Positions 1-13,935 of a stretch of DNA of 64,000 nucleotides are shown here, in pieces. Source of the DNA: Flaccisagitta enflata (Eukaryota); NCBI GenBank assembly GCA_965153355.1, contig OZ231126.1, positions 24,676,001 through 24,740,000 of the forward strand, in the 5' to 3' direction. The notes under the pieces are model-generated. The model saw nothing but the letters and a program-made list of their open reading frames with translations. It did no database searches and was not told where the DNA came from. Both the position numbers and the translations under genes were made by a program. Positions within the stretch are counted from its first letter, which is position 1, and each line of letters begins with the position of its first letter.

Positions 1-1537
1 TTGTAGCCATCTTTGCCACCAAGATTCCACTTAGCCTTTATGTTCTTTGCAACTTATGTCATCGTAATACCAGTTTTACTGCTCAAATATATGGTAGCAG
101 ACAGAAACACTCCCAAATACGTCATGGTTTTTCAGGCCTGTTTTGACTTTTTACAGCTACTGCATCCACCGACCAAACCAAACATTTTGCTCCCCTTCCT
201 TACTTTTTCTGTGGTTTCTTCTCATTCTTACGCTTGCTCGTTTTTCGATTTACAAACCTGCAATTTGCCCGGATTCGATTTTCTCTCTCTGAATAAAAAC
301 ACAAGGATATTTGATTACTTCTTTGTTGGTTTTTTTTTTTTCGGCTGGTCTTTTTTACTAAGAGCTCAAAAGGTATGGAGGTTTGACTAACTCCACGGTT
401 GATGATGTCCAGACCGTGAAATTCATTTGAATAGTTAAAGTTGATAGTTGAATAGTCGATAGATAAATAGTTAAATCTACAGTAGCGATTTGTAACACAA
501 CTTTTACGCAAGCCGTAACCCAAGCGATGGAAAATTCGAGTTCAATTTGAATACATCTAAAGATTCGGTCAACGATATCTCCTTGACTCCCGCCGATGCT
601 TATCTCTTCAACTTTCCAGCCGGGCAATTTTCCGATTCAAGGCCTCTTCCTATCTCTCTCAGACCTCGAACAGAGTTTCTGACTGGCTCAACTGTTACGT
701 GACCTTGACTTCTGACTTCCGCCCAAAATTTGAACCCTCTCAGCCTCGTTGCTTCCGATATCTCCCATCCCTCTGCCTGCTCCGTTTCCGATACTTCCCA
801 TCCCTTCTTTTTCGTCCTTCGTGATCCCACACTAATCAACCACTTCAGCTTTGCCATGGGTGTCCGAGAAAAATTCACAGTGCTGTCACCCAATATTTAA
901 GTTTTTTCGAACAGAGGATATTCTATTCTTGTTGTTCAATAACAAGGCCGAAAAGGGTGGATTGTTGAGCAAATGTGTAACCTACAACCAGAGAGCTGGA
1001 CATTGCCTCTATTGAACCTGCATTTGCGCATTCAAAAAGTAAAAAAAATCATAAGCTGACTTGATCAATGAAATATAGAGAATTGATAGCAGCAGGAAAT
1101 AAGAATTTTTAACCCATTCTTACTCAGTGGAATCCTCGAATACTATCTAAAGAGCATAGTCCATAGACCATGATACATTGAATGTAAACTATCAAGGCCA
1201 GATTTACAGCACCACAGTCACGGACGGTTGGGCAGGGGCAGTAATGCAAAAAAACATTCACAATTAAAAATTGTGATGGACTGATATACTGACAGACTAA
1301 CACAGAAAGGTATAGAGTTGTATGTCATTCATACTCGATCACACTGTGGTGTAGGTTTTGACAAATGAAGCTCCTTTGAAATTCTGTTCCCTTACACCCA
1401 TGGCCGCATTCTGCTTCCGCCACCGCAGCAGCATCATCCGCCAATTGACGGCGACTCAGCAGCAGCGGCCGTCGCAGTAGGGACCCCCTCACCTTCTGTC
1501 ACCCACTACTGGTAACGTTGCATATGGACAGGGTGGA

Positions 1538-1591
<54 letters not shown>

Positions 1592-3502
1592 TATCAGGGA
1601 GGAACCGCTTCGCGTCCTCCGATTTTCTGCATAACTACAATTGAATAATCAGTCGCACCATTAAAGTGATTTATAATGACTATAAATCTCATGGGACTGT
1701 AGATGACATGAAAAGAGGGGGGGAGGAGATGTATATGAAGAGGAGAGGAAAAAGGGAGGATATTGAGGAGGCAAGGAAGTAGGAAGAGACTGGGGTGAAT
1801 TGAAGATGACTTATCCGTTGGAATTCTCATGGCAAACTATTGCGAGGGAGACTGAGTGTGGTTGTGCAATATGTCGATTGAAAGATTTTGTATAAAAAGA
1901 AAAAAGAAAAATTGCAAAAGGAAGTTTAGAAAATGTTCTTTGATTAAATTCATGGTACTGAGAACCAGCAGCAGAGTAATCAAAAGTCTACAAATAGTAA
2001 CTACAAAGTCTTACATATAAAAAGCTTTCTTAAGATCTTTCCAACAAAGTTCGAGATATATTGTGAATCATCACATCTGCAAAATGTTCACGTGATATAC
2101 AGCATACAAAGCAAGTTGTGGCCCCTGATAATTCTGCAGTACAAAGCGGAGGGTGAGAATGAAGAATAGGAGTGAAAGTTTTAGATGTTCGAGGTTTTTG
2201 TGTGGGAAATTTTGCTGATGTCATCAAATCTACCGGCCAAACACTCATGGAGGAATTCTTGGTTATCGACACATGAAGCATCGAGCTTTTGTGAACTTAA
2301 ATAACACTCAGGAGTTCAGGTGTTAGTTATAAGAATGAATTGCTTATTTTGCATGCATGAATAACCTGAGTCGCCTACAAGCACATACTTGACGCCACAA
2401 CCGATGTACATTCGAAGCAGTGTCTCATCTCTTGCAAAACATTGAGGATATCGGTTTTTGGGACCGAGCCAAAACATTTGGAACAATAGCCAATTGTTTT
2501 ACACATCATCAGCTGGCCAAATAAGTGATTTAAATAAAAATTTATTCAACAGTGACAGATGAATGTGAGTAAATGTAAGTTAGCTCTTAATTTTTAAATG
2601 CACCATTATTATACAATATGTCCCCCTCTTCCCCATTATTTTTCCAAATTGGAGTAACCACATAGTTTAACTGTAGGTGTTAATTGTGCAAACAATTTTT
2701 TTTTTCTGTTTACCAATAAGCTATCAACAATGCACACGCATGTCATCCGGCTTCGTTTTCTCTACACGCCATTTCGAATAAATGAGACATCTCTAAGAAT
2801 TCCATCCATTAGTGGCATCTGTTGTTCAAAAATCGCGTTTGGTATTTGTTGCTGTGGTATGGAAATTACTCCAGAGAAAATGGATCGTCGTTGACCTTTG
2901 AACTTACCCGCGAAACATCGACGCCGTCAAGCGTCGAAAAAATTGCCCAAGCAGATTCCCAGAGTAGATACTAGATTGCAAAAGCAGGTTGCTGGTAGGC
3001 GGTTTTGTTGATATCAATTGTAGTCGACGAAGATTTCCAGCATAGATTGCCAAAATCAGGATAAGTTGCCATCCTACCAATGCAGATAGCCGACGGAGAT
3101 TCTTGAGGGCTTAGGTTGATTGCCGATTGCAGATAGCCAATTTAGGTTAATGATAAAGTGACACAGCCAAGGCAGATTCTTAGGGGCTGGGGTTGATTTC
3201 CAATTGCAGAGAGTGGAAATAGGTTACACAGCCTATGCAGATTCAAGGGAGGCTGGGGTAGATTCCCTATCACAGAGAGCTGATACAGGTTACGCAGCCG
3301 ATGCAGAATTTTCACTCGATCGTGTGCCTAACTTCAATTTTGACAGATGTAAATTTCGAAACAACGAGTTTCAAAGTGTATCCATGATTGTGGACACAAA
3401 ACTCTAAAAGAGGCTTTGTCTGTCCATCCATAGATCTATTTGTCCATCCGTTGGTCCGATCAATTTTCAAAAGTCGTTAAAGCGTTTAACAGTTATTTGT
3501 TA

Positions 3503-3649
3503 GAGTGGGTAATGCTGCCGAGAATTCTCGGTAGCATTAACGATGTCATTTTGATGTTTTCATGCTATAGAGAATTCTCCATAGCATTAAAATGAATTCT
3601 CAGTTATGATGATTATTGTAAAAAATAGTTCTTACTGAGAATAATTTTT

Positions 3650-3740
<91 letters not shown>

Positions 3741-6700
3741 CTCTCTCTTTCTCTCTCTCTCTCTTTCTCATGTTAGTTTAATGAACAAGTCTGGTATATC
3801 GTCCCTGATTTTGGCCATGGTAATTAACAGTACTTTAACGCCGTTAATTAACACTATATAGGTACCAGGAAATTAACTAAGAAAAACATTTATTTATTTT
3901 TGAGAAAATTACTGAAAATAGGTGCTGAAGGTTGTTGTTAATTATCAGGTACCTATATGCTGTTAATTCACATGCTGTTTTTGATGTTAATTAACACCCC
4001 ATTTTAGGCGTTAATTAACACAAAAAAAATATAGATTATTAACAAATTGTTAAAAGTATACCATTTTTTGGTGTTAATTAACAGTTGAAATGTGGTGTTA
4101 ATTAACATAAAAAACAGCGTGTTAATTAACACAGAAAAAATATAGATTATTAAAAAATTGATATTGTACGTAAACGCTGTTAATTAACATGCTGTTTTTG
4201 ATGTTAACTAACACCGCATTTCACCTGTTAATTAACACCAAAAAATTGTATATTCTTAATATTTTGTTAATAATCTATATCATTTTGTGTTAATTAACGC
4301 ATGAAATTGGGTGTTAATTAATATAAAAAACAGCATGTTAATTAACACAGAAAAAGTATAGATTATTAACAAATTGATTTTGTACCTACACACCGTTAAT
4401 TAACATGCTGTTTGTTATGTTAATTAACACCCAATTTCATGCGTTAATTATCACAAAAAAATATAGATTATCAATAAAATATTAAGAATATACAATTTTT
4501 TGGTGTTAATTAACAAGTGAAATGCGGTGTTAGTTAACATCAAAAACAGTATGTTAATTAAGAGCGTTTAGGTATAAAATCAATTTGTTAATAATCTATA
4601 TTTTTTCTGTTTTAATTAACACGCTGTTTTTTATGTTAATTAACACCACATTTCAACTGTTAATTAACACCAAAAAATGGTATATTTTTTACAATTTGTT
4701 AATAATCTATATTTTTCTGGTGTTAATTAACGCATGAAATGTGGTGTTAATTAACATCAAAAACAACATGTAAATTAACAGTGTATAGCTACAAAATCAA
4801 TTTGTTAATGATCTATATTTTTCTGTGCTAATTAACACGCTGTTTTTTATGTTAATTAACACCACATTTCAACTGTTAATTAACACAAAAAAAAAGGGTA
4901 TACTTTTTACAATTTGTTAATAATCTATATTTTTTTGTGTTAATTAACTCATGAAATGTGGCGTTAATTAACATCAAAAACAACATGTAAATTAACAGCG
5001 TATAGCTACAAAATCAATTTGTTAATAATCTATATTTTTTTTGTGTTAATTGACATGTTGTTTTTGATGTTGATCCACATTTCACCTGTTAATTAACATC
5101 AAAAAATTGTATATTCTTAATATTTTGTTAATAATCTATATTTTTTTTGTGTTAATTAACGCATGAAATTGGGTGTTAATTACCATCAAAAACAGCATGT
5201 TAATTAACAGCGTGTAATTACAAAATCAATTTGTTAATAATCTATATTTTTGTTAATTAACACACTGTTTTTGATGTTAATTAACACCACATTTCTCCCA
5301 TTAATTAACACAAAAAAATTGAATATTTTTAACAATTTGTTAATAATCTATATTTTTTTTGGTTAATTAACAGTTGAAATGTGGTGTAAATTAACATCAA
5401 AAACAGCATGTTGATTAACAGCGTATAGGTACAAAATCAATTTGTCAATAATCTATATTTTTTTTGTGTTAATTAACCCGCTGTTTTTCATGTTAATTAA
5501 CACCACATTCCAACCGTTAATTAACACCAAAAAATGGTATATTTTTAACAATTTGTTAATAATCTATATTTTTTTTGTGTTACTTAACGCCTAAAATGGG
5601 GTGTTAATTAACATCAAAAACAGCATGTTAATTAACATCATATAGGTACCTGATAATTAACAACAACCTTCAGCACTTATTTTCAGTAATTTTCTCAAAA
5701 ATAAAAAAATGTTTTTCTTAGTTAATTTCCTGGTACCTATATAGTGTTAATTAACGACTGTTTTTTAAGTGTTAATTAACAGCAGAAAAACTACCGTTAA
5801 TTAATGGTACTTTTTTGCCTTTTATTAACAGTTTTGTTAATTAGAGGCGTTAATGTGCCGTTAATTAATGCAGGGTAAATCGCTCACGATATATCTCGAA
5901 CAAGTGGGACAGAATGCCTTAAAAAAAAAGATATCAAAACCTTAAAAGTTTAAGAATATTAGGATGAATTTTTCACAGAAAAATTGATATCATTTCTCAT
6001 ACAGGTTTTTTATAGAAAATATTTTTTCATCAAACAAAGTTTTATAGATTTTTTTGTCAAATCTTTTTCATTTCATCTTTGTTATCAAAATTCCATTTAT
6101 TTAGAAGTGATTTCACCTTTTCTTTCTGATCAGAAAGAATTTTCAATGATTTTTTTTTCATGTTTACATTAATGATTTTGATTGTCATAAATATTTTTTC
6201 ATAAACAGAATTGATGATTATATTGAGAGTGCCATTATCTTCAAAGGCAGTTAATTTGTTTTTTCAATTGTTAATTTTTGCCTGTCTTGAATTAGAATTA
6301 TTTTGTTCTTTGATTTTTTGTTGCACCAATGAACATATTACACTCAAGTAAAGAGATAAAAAAGATATTGAGAAAAAGAAAAAGAGAAAAAGGAAGAATG
6401 AATAAAAAGAAAAAAAGGAAGGGAGGAAGGGAGGAACAAAAAAGAAAAAAAACAGAAAGAAAGAAAAAAAAGGAAGAATGGAAGGAACCAAAGAAGGAAC
6501 AAAGACAAAAAGAAAAAAAAAGAAATAAAGAAAAAAAAACACAAAAAAATATAAAAAAAAAACAAAGAAAGAAAAAAAAGATCAAAAGAAAGAGAGAAAG
6601 AAAAAAAGAAGAAGGAAGGAAAGAAAAAAAGAAAAACAAAACATGAAAAGTAAAAAAGAAAGAACAATAAAATAAAAAAAAAAAGAAAAAAGAAAAAAAT

Positions 6701-6758
6701 AAAAAGATTGAAAAAATAAAAAAAAATGAAAAAAAAGAAAAGAAAAAGAAAAATGGAG

Positions 6759-6803
<45 letters not shown>

Positions 6804-6977
6804 AAAATAAAAGAAAAGTAAGTAAGAGGAAGGGCAGAGAAAAAGATAAACAAATTCTCAATAGCAAGAATCAAATTTCTCTTACCATTTTACCGCTACC
6901 GAGAATTCTCGGTAGCGTGAAAATCCCCGATTCTCGGTGGCGTGAATTCTAAGAATTCTCGCCAGCATTAAACTCCC
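3503..6977. mobile_element. Foldback/MULE-like outer element with GAGAATTCTC palindromic subterminal repeats
   Basis: Direct repeat ATTTGTTA(G) at 3495-3503 and 6978-6986 (8-9 bp TSD). Imperfect TIRs (TAATGCTGCCGAGAATTCT / AGAATTCTCGCCAGCATTA). Repeated GAGAATTCTC at both ends. Mirrored (CT)n near 3655-3770 and (GA)n near 6763-6800. Confidence 0.65.
3803..5875. mobile_element. Inner foldback element: long inverted arms and ~108-bp tandem subunits rich in GTTAATTAAC
   Basis: CCCTG...CAGGG ends. About 3842-4150 is the reverse complement of about 5445-5756. Internal units recur about every 108 bp in both orientations. Degenerate flanking 8-mer TATATCGT/TAAATCGC. Confidence 0.75.
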
Positions 6978-7448
6978 ATTTGTTAGGACGGCTAAATTTT
7001 GAAGGAAAATCAAGTGTTTCACCAAACTTTTTGCATCATTATCAGAACAATAATGAAGCTGGAGAGTTTTTAGTAGAGAAATTGTTGACACTTGCTGTAT
7101 ACTTTTTAATCATATTCACTAAATCATCAAAAAAAAAGATTTGAGCTATGCGATTCACATGAAAACATGCAGGAAAATGATGGTTTTTAGTGAATTTTTG
7201 CTTACAATTTTTTTTTCATTTTCTGTGGTTTAAATTCTAAGAATGCCAAACTCAAAGAAATTTTGCATTTTGAAAAACATAGTTCTCTCTGTAATCGATT
7301 TACAAAGAGAACTATGTTTTTTGTTTTTTCATTTTTTCATTTTCTATGCAAATTTAGAATTTAGACCGGCCCCCTATCAGAGACCAAAATTGAAATAAGT
7401 AGAAATTTTCAATGAATTTTCTATGGTAATATTGGCTTAACTCGATCC

Positions 7449-8027
7449 TTTTTGGGCAGCGGCCCCAAAGGGCCGATGTCCTGTAGGACACAGGGGGGAA
7501 TTTCGAGACGTCCGTCCTTCCGTCCTTCCGTCCTTCCGTCCGTCCTTCCGTCCCCCCCCCTTGGCCATCGGGGGCCTAAATTTTGCTCTCTCAGGCCTGA
7601 TTTTGACCCTTTGAGCCATCAGAATAGGCTGAATAGCCCTTTCAGACCTCAATTTAGCCCTTGAGACCTTAAATCAGCTCTCCAGACCTCATATCTGCCC
7701 TCCAGACCTCAAATTAGCCCTCCATACCACCCTCCAGGCCTCGCATCAGCTCTTTAGGCCTCAAATTTGTCCTCTGGGCCTCAAGCCTGCCCCTCAAACC
7801 TCAAATCTACTCTTCAGAACCCTCCAGGCTTCAAAACCGCCTTCAATGACCTCTATCCATCTTCTCAAACCTAATATACCTCAGGACGTCTCGAAATTCC
7901 CCCCTGTGTCCTACAGGACATTGGTCCTTTGGGGCCGCTGCCCTGCTCCCTCTCCACTACTTCACTTGATCACTCCAAGCAGGGCATTGGGTACCGCTGA
8001 CCATGTGCGATCCTTGGATGACTAGTT
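7449..8027 (+). mobile_element. HINE-like family D (long internal IR, GTCC microsatellite, 21-bp tandem core)
   Basis: TTTTT-GGGCAGCGGCCCCAAAGGGCCGATGTCCTGTAGGACACAGGGG, with an inverted copy near 7893-7944, then GGTACCGCTGACCA and a terminal ATCC-TT-GGAT hairpin. Ends nearly identical to 27370-28066. Confidence 0.8.
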
Positions 8028-8988
8028 GCTAATCAATGCAAATTTTTCTTTTGAATATTGTATTTGAGCAATCCTAATCACTTTTATTCACTTTTTTTAC
8101 CATTTTCATTCATACATGATTTTCATTTTGATCCTCTTTGAAACACAAATGTAGCCTTCAGAGGGGCGCTGTCTTAGAAGTACCATTTGCCCCAAGGAAT
8201 GGGCATGACAGCTAGTCCAGGGGATATTCCGTTGGATGGTTATTGGGTAAAAGTACCATTTGCCCCTATGCATGGGTGTACAGGGAGGGACGTCAGGGAC
8301 GTTAGCCGATTTCCCTATTTGTCGGACTTACACTCCTGTTGGACTTAAGCCCATGAATGTAGAATGTAGAATAAAAAGTCAAAAAATGAAAAAAAAATTA
8401 AGAAAAAGAAAACAGGAGGAAAAAAGCATATTCCAGGGAAGAAAGAGAGAGAATGTGTGTTTTTCTAACAAATTAGGCTGTCATTTCTTGCATGAGAGAG
8501 TAATGTTAGATTTGAAAAAAAAATGAACAGGTGATAAAGCCTGTTGGGCTTGAAGCTTTGTCGGACTTGAAACTGATAGCCGACAGCCCTTTGAGATTCC
8601 ACGCCATACACTTATGCCCCTAGGAATGGAGGTGACGGCGAGTCCTGGGGATATTCCTGTTGATCACCAATGCAGTGCAAGTGTTTCTAACTTACAAACA
8701 GTGCCCATTTCAGTTTCAGAATCCCTATGTAAAAGTGCATTTTTTTTAATTAGTGTTTCTCTTTGCAGAGCTCTAGCTTCTAAACCGTTTGAGATACAGA
8801 CTTGGAGTCGCTATAGATTTTTTGTTTATCTTTCAAAAAGTCTGAATTGAAAATAGTTCTAATTGTTTTTTGGTTTTTTTTTTACCTATTTTATCAATAT
8901 ATAAGCAAGTGCGTCTTTTTTTTTTATCCAAAGTCTCCCAGTCTTTGGACCCGACATTTGTCGTACAGTACTATCCAATGTCACAATA

Positions 8989-9587
8989 CAGGGTGAACAC
9001 TCTCAAATGCAAAAAAGTATCAAGCTTTTACTCTTAGATGCATCATCTTTATGACTGGGAATCATTTTTTTCTTATAGAACTATGTTTGACGTTTTTTGT
9101 ATAAAAAATTCATTGGTCTGAGTTGAGTAGTTTGTTCATGACATCAGTTTGAAGTAAAATGAGTATTTTCAGTTTGAGCTCAATTGTTCACTCTTTTCAT
9201 CCAAGCAGTTTTTTCATAGATTGCTCAAATATTTAAACGGGTAAAGCCATGGGTGCCAAATTGGTTTTAAATGAAAAAATGTCGAATAATCTTCCTTTTG
9301 AGACCAATCTGGTATCTATAGCTCAAGCCTTCTTCAGACATAACAAATCAAAGAAAATCTCCCCAGATAAAAGAAGAAGAATTTGAGCTGAAAATGAGCA
9401 TCTTCTGGAAATGCCTTTCTTACTTCAATTTGATGTTGCGGGCAAACTATTCAACTCAGACCCATGAAATTTTGATACGATAAACGTCAAACATATTCTT
9501 TAAGAGAAAAATAATTCCAGGCTATGAAGATGATGCATCTAGGAGTAAAAGCTTAACACTTTTTTGCATTTGACAGTGTTCACACTG
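8989..9587. mobile_element. Tc1/mariner-like MITE
   Basis: TA flanks (8987-8988, 9588-9589). Imperfect TIRs of about 170 bp beginning CAGGGTGAACAC / ending GTGTTCACACTG. Confidence 0.85.
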
Positions 9588-10273
9588 TATGTTATGTGGC
9601 CAAACACTTGACTTGCGGAGTGTAAAATGGGCAAAAATACACTACTACGTTCGTATTTCAAAACTACTTTTCTCTTTGAAAGTAAGACGGGGTGAGGTTG
9701 TAAATTACAATTACATGTAATTTACATGGCACATAGGCCCAGGTTACGATTAAGCTTTTGCTGTAACGATTTTAAGCAAATTTGTATCACATGTTCCAGC
9801 TCTCAATAAGTGACTTTTGTTCTCATCTCCGTACTGACGCGTTCTCTCCCTTTCGGCAAAACCTCGAAGCTCGTTCATTCATTTCCATTATACCCGCTGG
9901 AGTGCAGTGCTTTCCTTCGTCGTTTGTCTTTTGTTCGGATTCTTTTCTTTCGCCGACCGAATGGGCAGCAGGCTAACTGGCTCTTCTTCTTCTCCTTCCT
10001 GCAGACAGATCTTTCTGTCCTTTTCAGGTGCTGAAAACAGGCTTCGCTCTCTTCTCTCTTTTCTACTGCTTCAATTTTCTCTCTCTCGTTCTCTTCGGTT
10101 CTTACACGGCCTGAAGCCAAACGATGACATGATAAATTGCGCTTCGCCCATCACGACTGCGCTGCTTCTTTTTACTTCTTCAACTGTGCGGGCTTTTTTT
10201 TCGGGGGCCTTTTTTATTCAAATTTGCCTTGAATAGAACAAGTCAAACAAAAAAGCTAAAGAAAGTGAAAGAG

Positions 10274-10356
<83 letters not shown>

Positions 10357-10430
10357 CGCTCGAATCTGTCCTATAGAGATAGACAGAGTTGAGCTAAACT
10401 AGCCACACAACAGCCCATTTCAAGGGACAA

Positions 10431-10654
10431 ACAACCAGACCGGATACATTGCTTCCCCAGTCGCATGCTGGTGGACAGGGGCCATATTTGGGGTCACTGG
10501 ATCATATTTGAAGGAGCCGTGAGGCCAAAGACCGCGAAACCCCAAAGAAAGTAAAGTGTGACAAATGTGACAAATAGCTGGTCCGACCGACTGACTGACG
10601 GACGGACAGACGGACCAACAAAGTGGGGTGTAGAGTCGCGTAGCACGCAACTAA
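10431..10654 (-). mobile_element. DINE-1/HINE-like family A (diverged)
   Basis: Homologous to 11048-11271. Confidence 0.75.
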
Positions 10655-11047
10655 GAATTTGATAAGGCTGCTAAATTGCCAAAATGAAATGGACTATGAG
10701 TTTTAAACAAGGACTAAAAATCTTCAGGCTCATTGTCATATTAATAGTCATAGTCATCATTTTCCTAAATGCTTTAGTACCGGGTGCGCTTTGAAGAGCT
10801 TTCGATTGAGGCAATACAATGCAATGATGCGACCATGAAAAATTCAGCACCAATTGTAATGCCATCTATGTATACATCTATGTGTACAATTTGTGCATGC
10901 TTACGATTTTTCAGAGCTCCCCACTTCAGAGTCATTGAGGGCTGGAATGTCTTTGAATTGCAACATTTTGCTGGGATAGAAATTGTTTCAATTTATTGTG
11001 AATATAGGTTGACTTAAATAGATTGGATATTTGCATTCTATATTAAC

Positions 11048-11271
11048 AACAAGGCCGGATACACGGCTACCCCAGTCGCGTGCGGGTGGGCAGGGGCCGT
11101 AAATGAGGTCACCAGATCATTTGGGCAGGAGCAGTGGAGCCAAAAATCCCAAAAACCCAAAAAAAGTAAAGTGTGATGGACGGACGGACGGATGGACCGA
11201 CGGACGGACCGACGGACGGACCGACGGACCGACAAAGCGGGGTGTAGAGTCGCGTAGCACGCGACTAAAAA
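11048..11271 (-). mobile_element. DINE-1/HINE-like family A
   Basis: Read on the minus strand: TTTTT, subTIR AGTCGCGTGC, adjacent partial IR ACGCGACT, GTCY microsatellite, 3' subTIR GCACGCGACT, GCCG-TGTATC-CGGC hairpin, TTGTT. Confidence 0.85.
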
Positions 11272-11785
11272 CCCATGATCACTGAATAACAGTTTTTATA
11301 ACTTTACTCAGTTAACTGTCTTCCAGTGAGCTAAACCACGTGGCTACAATACATATATGTATCATGTCTTTTTTTTTATTGAAAATGATATAGATTTTTG
11401 AGTAAGCACTGGAAATGAAACACTTTTCTTATGCTGTCAGGGAAGGTTTTGATTTGAAGAGTATCTAAATATCCACGCACCGACTGTCTACCAGATACCG
11501 TCATAACCTGAATGCTGCAATAAGAGCCACAAAAGTATTGATTCTTTTAATCTTCTTTTTTAGGCAATAACGGATTTTGGTCCCTTGACAAATTTTGGTC
11601 CCTCGACAAAAGTTATTGTTGGGCTTCAACAGTGTTTAAATTTACGTGATACATTTACGTTTACATATATATTTACATGCTCCCAAGAACCAGACAGACC
11701 GATTATCCACATAGAGATTCGTTTACTCCACTGAAATTCGCCGTCCCTTGATCTTTACTTCAACGCCAGCAAACCGAGACCCATG

Positions 11786-11824
<39 letters not shown>

Positions 11825-11957
11825 AGGAGAGAAGAAAAAAAAGTTAAATTCGGTTTTAATTGATAAAATCAGCAACACGACAATTAACTATACATTGGTA
11901 GAGAGGGAGGAAAGTGGGCAGACGACCACGCATCAAACTCGTAAATTTAAATCTATA

Positions 11958-12291
11958 CCGTATTTTCTCCATAAAGCGCCCCCCCTCCAAAAAGCGCCCC
12001 CCCCCATTGTTTTTCTTAGTGTCACACTCTTCAGAAAAGATTTGCATAGAAATACAAAGTAAAATGATGTAAAAACACAACACAATGAGCTATTTTCACT
12101 GACTTTCTAACAGATATATGCAATGAATATCTGTATTTTGAGTCAAATTTAGCATTTTGATTGCCTTTCATGAAAGACGGATTGAATAACAGTTTATCTT
12201 CAATACAAAGGGGGCGCTATTTGGAGGGTTAAAAAGCAAAGTCATATTTCAATTTCAAAAGCGCCCGGGGCGCTTTTTAGAGAAAATACGG
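11958..12291. mobile_element. Tc2/pogo-like MITE
   Basis: TIR CCGTATTTTCTC...GAGAAAATACGG with TA on both sides. The empty site with a single TA is visible in the duplicate at about 14045-14052. Confidence 0.9.
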
Positions 12292-12398
12292 TAATTCTTT
12301 AAATTTTAAAACCAGTTCTTCTCCATTAAAAGATTGAACCCGCCGTCGCGTCGATAGGATTACGAAGATCATAAATTTATGCCAATAGTGGTTTGCTG

Positions 12399-12549
12399 TT
12401 TTTAGTCGCGGACACGCGACTCTACACCTTGCTGTGTCAGTCGGTAGGTCGGTAGGTCTGAAACAAATTTTGTTGAATTCCGAGCGATTTTCGCATTATT
12501 GCTCCAGCCCAACCGTCCGCGACTGGATTGCCGTGTATCCAGCCTTGTT
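12399..12549 (+). mobile_element. HINE-like family C (subTIR AGTCGCGGAC)
   Basis: TTTTTAGTCGCGGACACGCGACT...GTCCGCGACT...GCCGTGTATCCAGCCTTGTT. Duplicated at about 14155-14291. Relatives near 15337-15525, 23325-23530 and 35453-36331. Confidence 0.75.
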
Positions 12550-12819
12550 ATGGTCCATCTTGTCTGAACGAAAGTCTACCGATCCGACAAATGCGTTTAG
12601 TGTAGCCTTGTGATTGAAATCGCTCCATGAAAAAGAAGCTACACTGCCATAAAACAGTAATAGTTGGGTGTACGTTTAGAAGGATTTGCATGTTCAAGAT
12701 CTCCTCGCTTTGCATGTTGTTCGTGTTTTTTTTTCCTTGCTGCTTTTGGATCAGCAGTCTACAGTCAGTCCTCAGCAATGGATCAAGAAATATCTGTTGT
12801 TTTCAAAATGGTTGCACTT

Positions 12820-12910
<91 letters not shown>

Positions 12911-13055
12911 AAAACAAATGAAAAACAACAACAATTCTAACAACAACCATGATAACAACCACTACGACAAAAACAAAAGAACAACAACAACAACAACAAC
13001 AACAACCACAACAACAACAACAACAACAACGATGACGACGACGACGACGACGATG

Positions 13056-13096
<41 letters not shown>

Positions 13097-13153
13097 AACA
13101 ACAACAACAACAACAATAACAATAACGACAACAACAAGCAACAGCAAAATTAA

Positions 13154-13212
<59 letters not shown>

Positions 13213-13214
13213 GC

Positions 13215-13252
<38 letters not shown>

Positions 13253-13360
13253 CCAGCACAACAAAAAAACAACTGAAAAACAACAACAATTCTAACAACA
13301 ACCACTACGAAAAAAACGAAAAATCAATAACAACAACAATAACAACAACAATATCAACAA
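12820..13360. repeat. Compound (CAA)n microsatellite
   Basis: Direct reading. Confidence 0.95.
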
Positions 13361-13862
13361 AAATCCATGATCACTGAATAAAAGTTTTTGTAACTTTACT
13401 CAGTTGACTGTCTTTAAGTAAGTTTAACCACGTGGCTACAACACATATATGTATCATGTGTTTTTTTTCATTGAAAATGATATAAATTTTTGAATGAGCA
13501 CTGGAAATGAAACACTTTTCTCATGCAGTCAGGGAAGGTTTTGATTTAAAGAGTATCTAAATATCCACGCACCGACTGTCTACCAGATACCGTCATAACC
13601 TGAATGCTGCAATAAGAGCCACAAAAGTATTGCTTCTGTTATTCTTCGTTTAGGCAATAACGGATTTCGGTCCCTTGACAAATTTCGGTCCCTTGACAAA
13701 CGTTATTGTTGGGCTTCGACAGTGTATACATTTACATGTACATATACATTTACATGCTCCCAAGAACCAGACAGACCGATTGTCCACATAGAGATTTGTT
13801 AACTCCACTGAATTTCGCCGTCCCTTGATCTTGACTTCAACGCCAGCAAACCGAGACCCATG

Positions 13863-13935
<73 letters not shown>

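Noticed and set aside
13-897. Overlapping short ORFs, possibly a decayed LINE endonuclease (ATVDLT resembles the IDLT motif)
   Set aside because: Only one weak motif with several stops and frameshifts. It needs a tBLASTn/HMM search and cannot be supported by eye.
9782-10236. Cluster of short ORFs in unique sequence
   Set aside because: No recognisable domain or consistent splice structure. It could be non-coding regulatory or UTR sequence.
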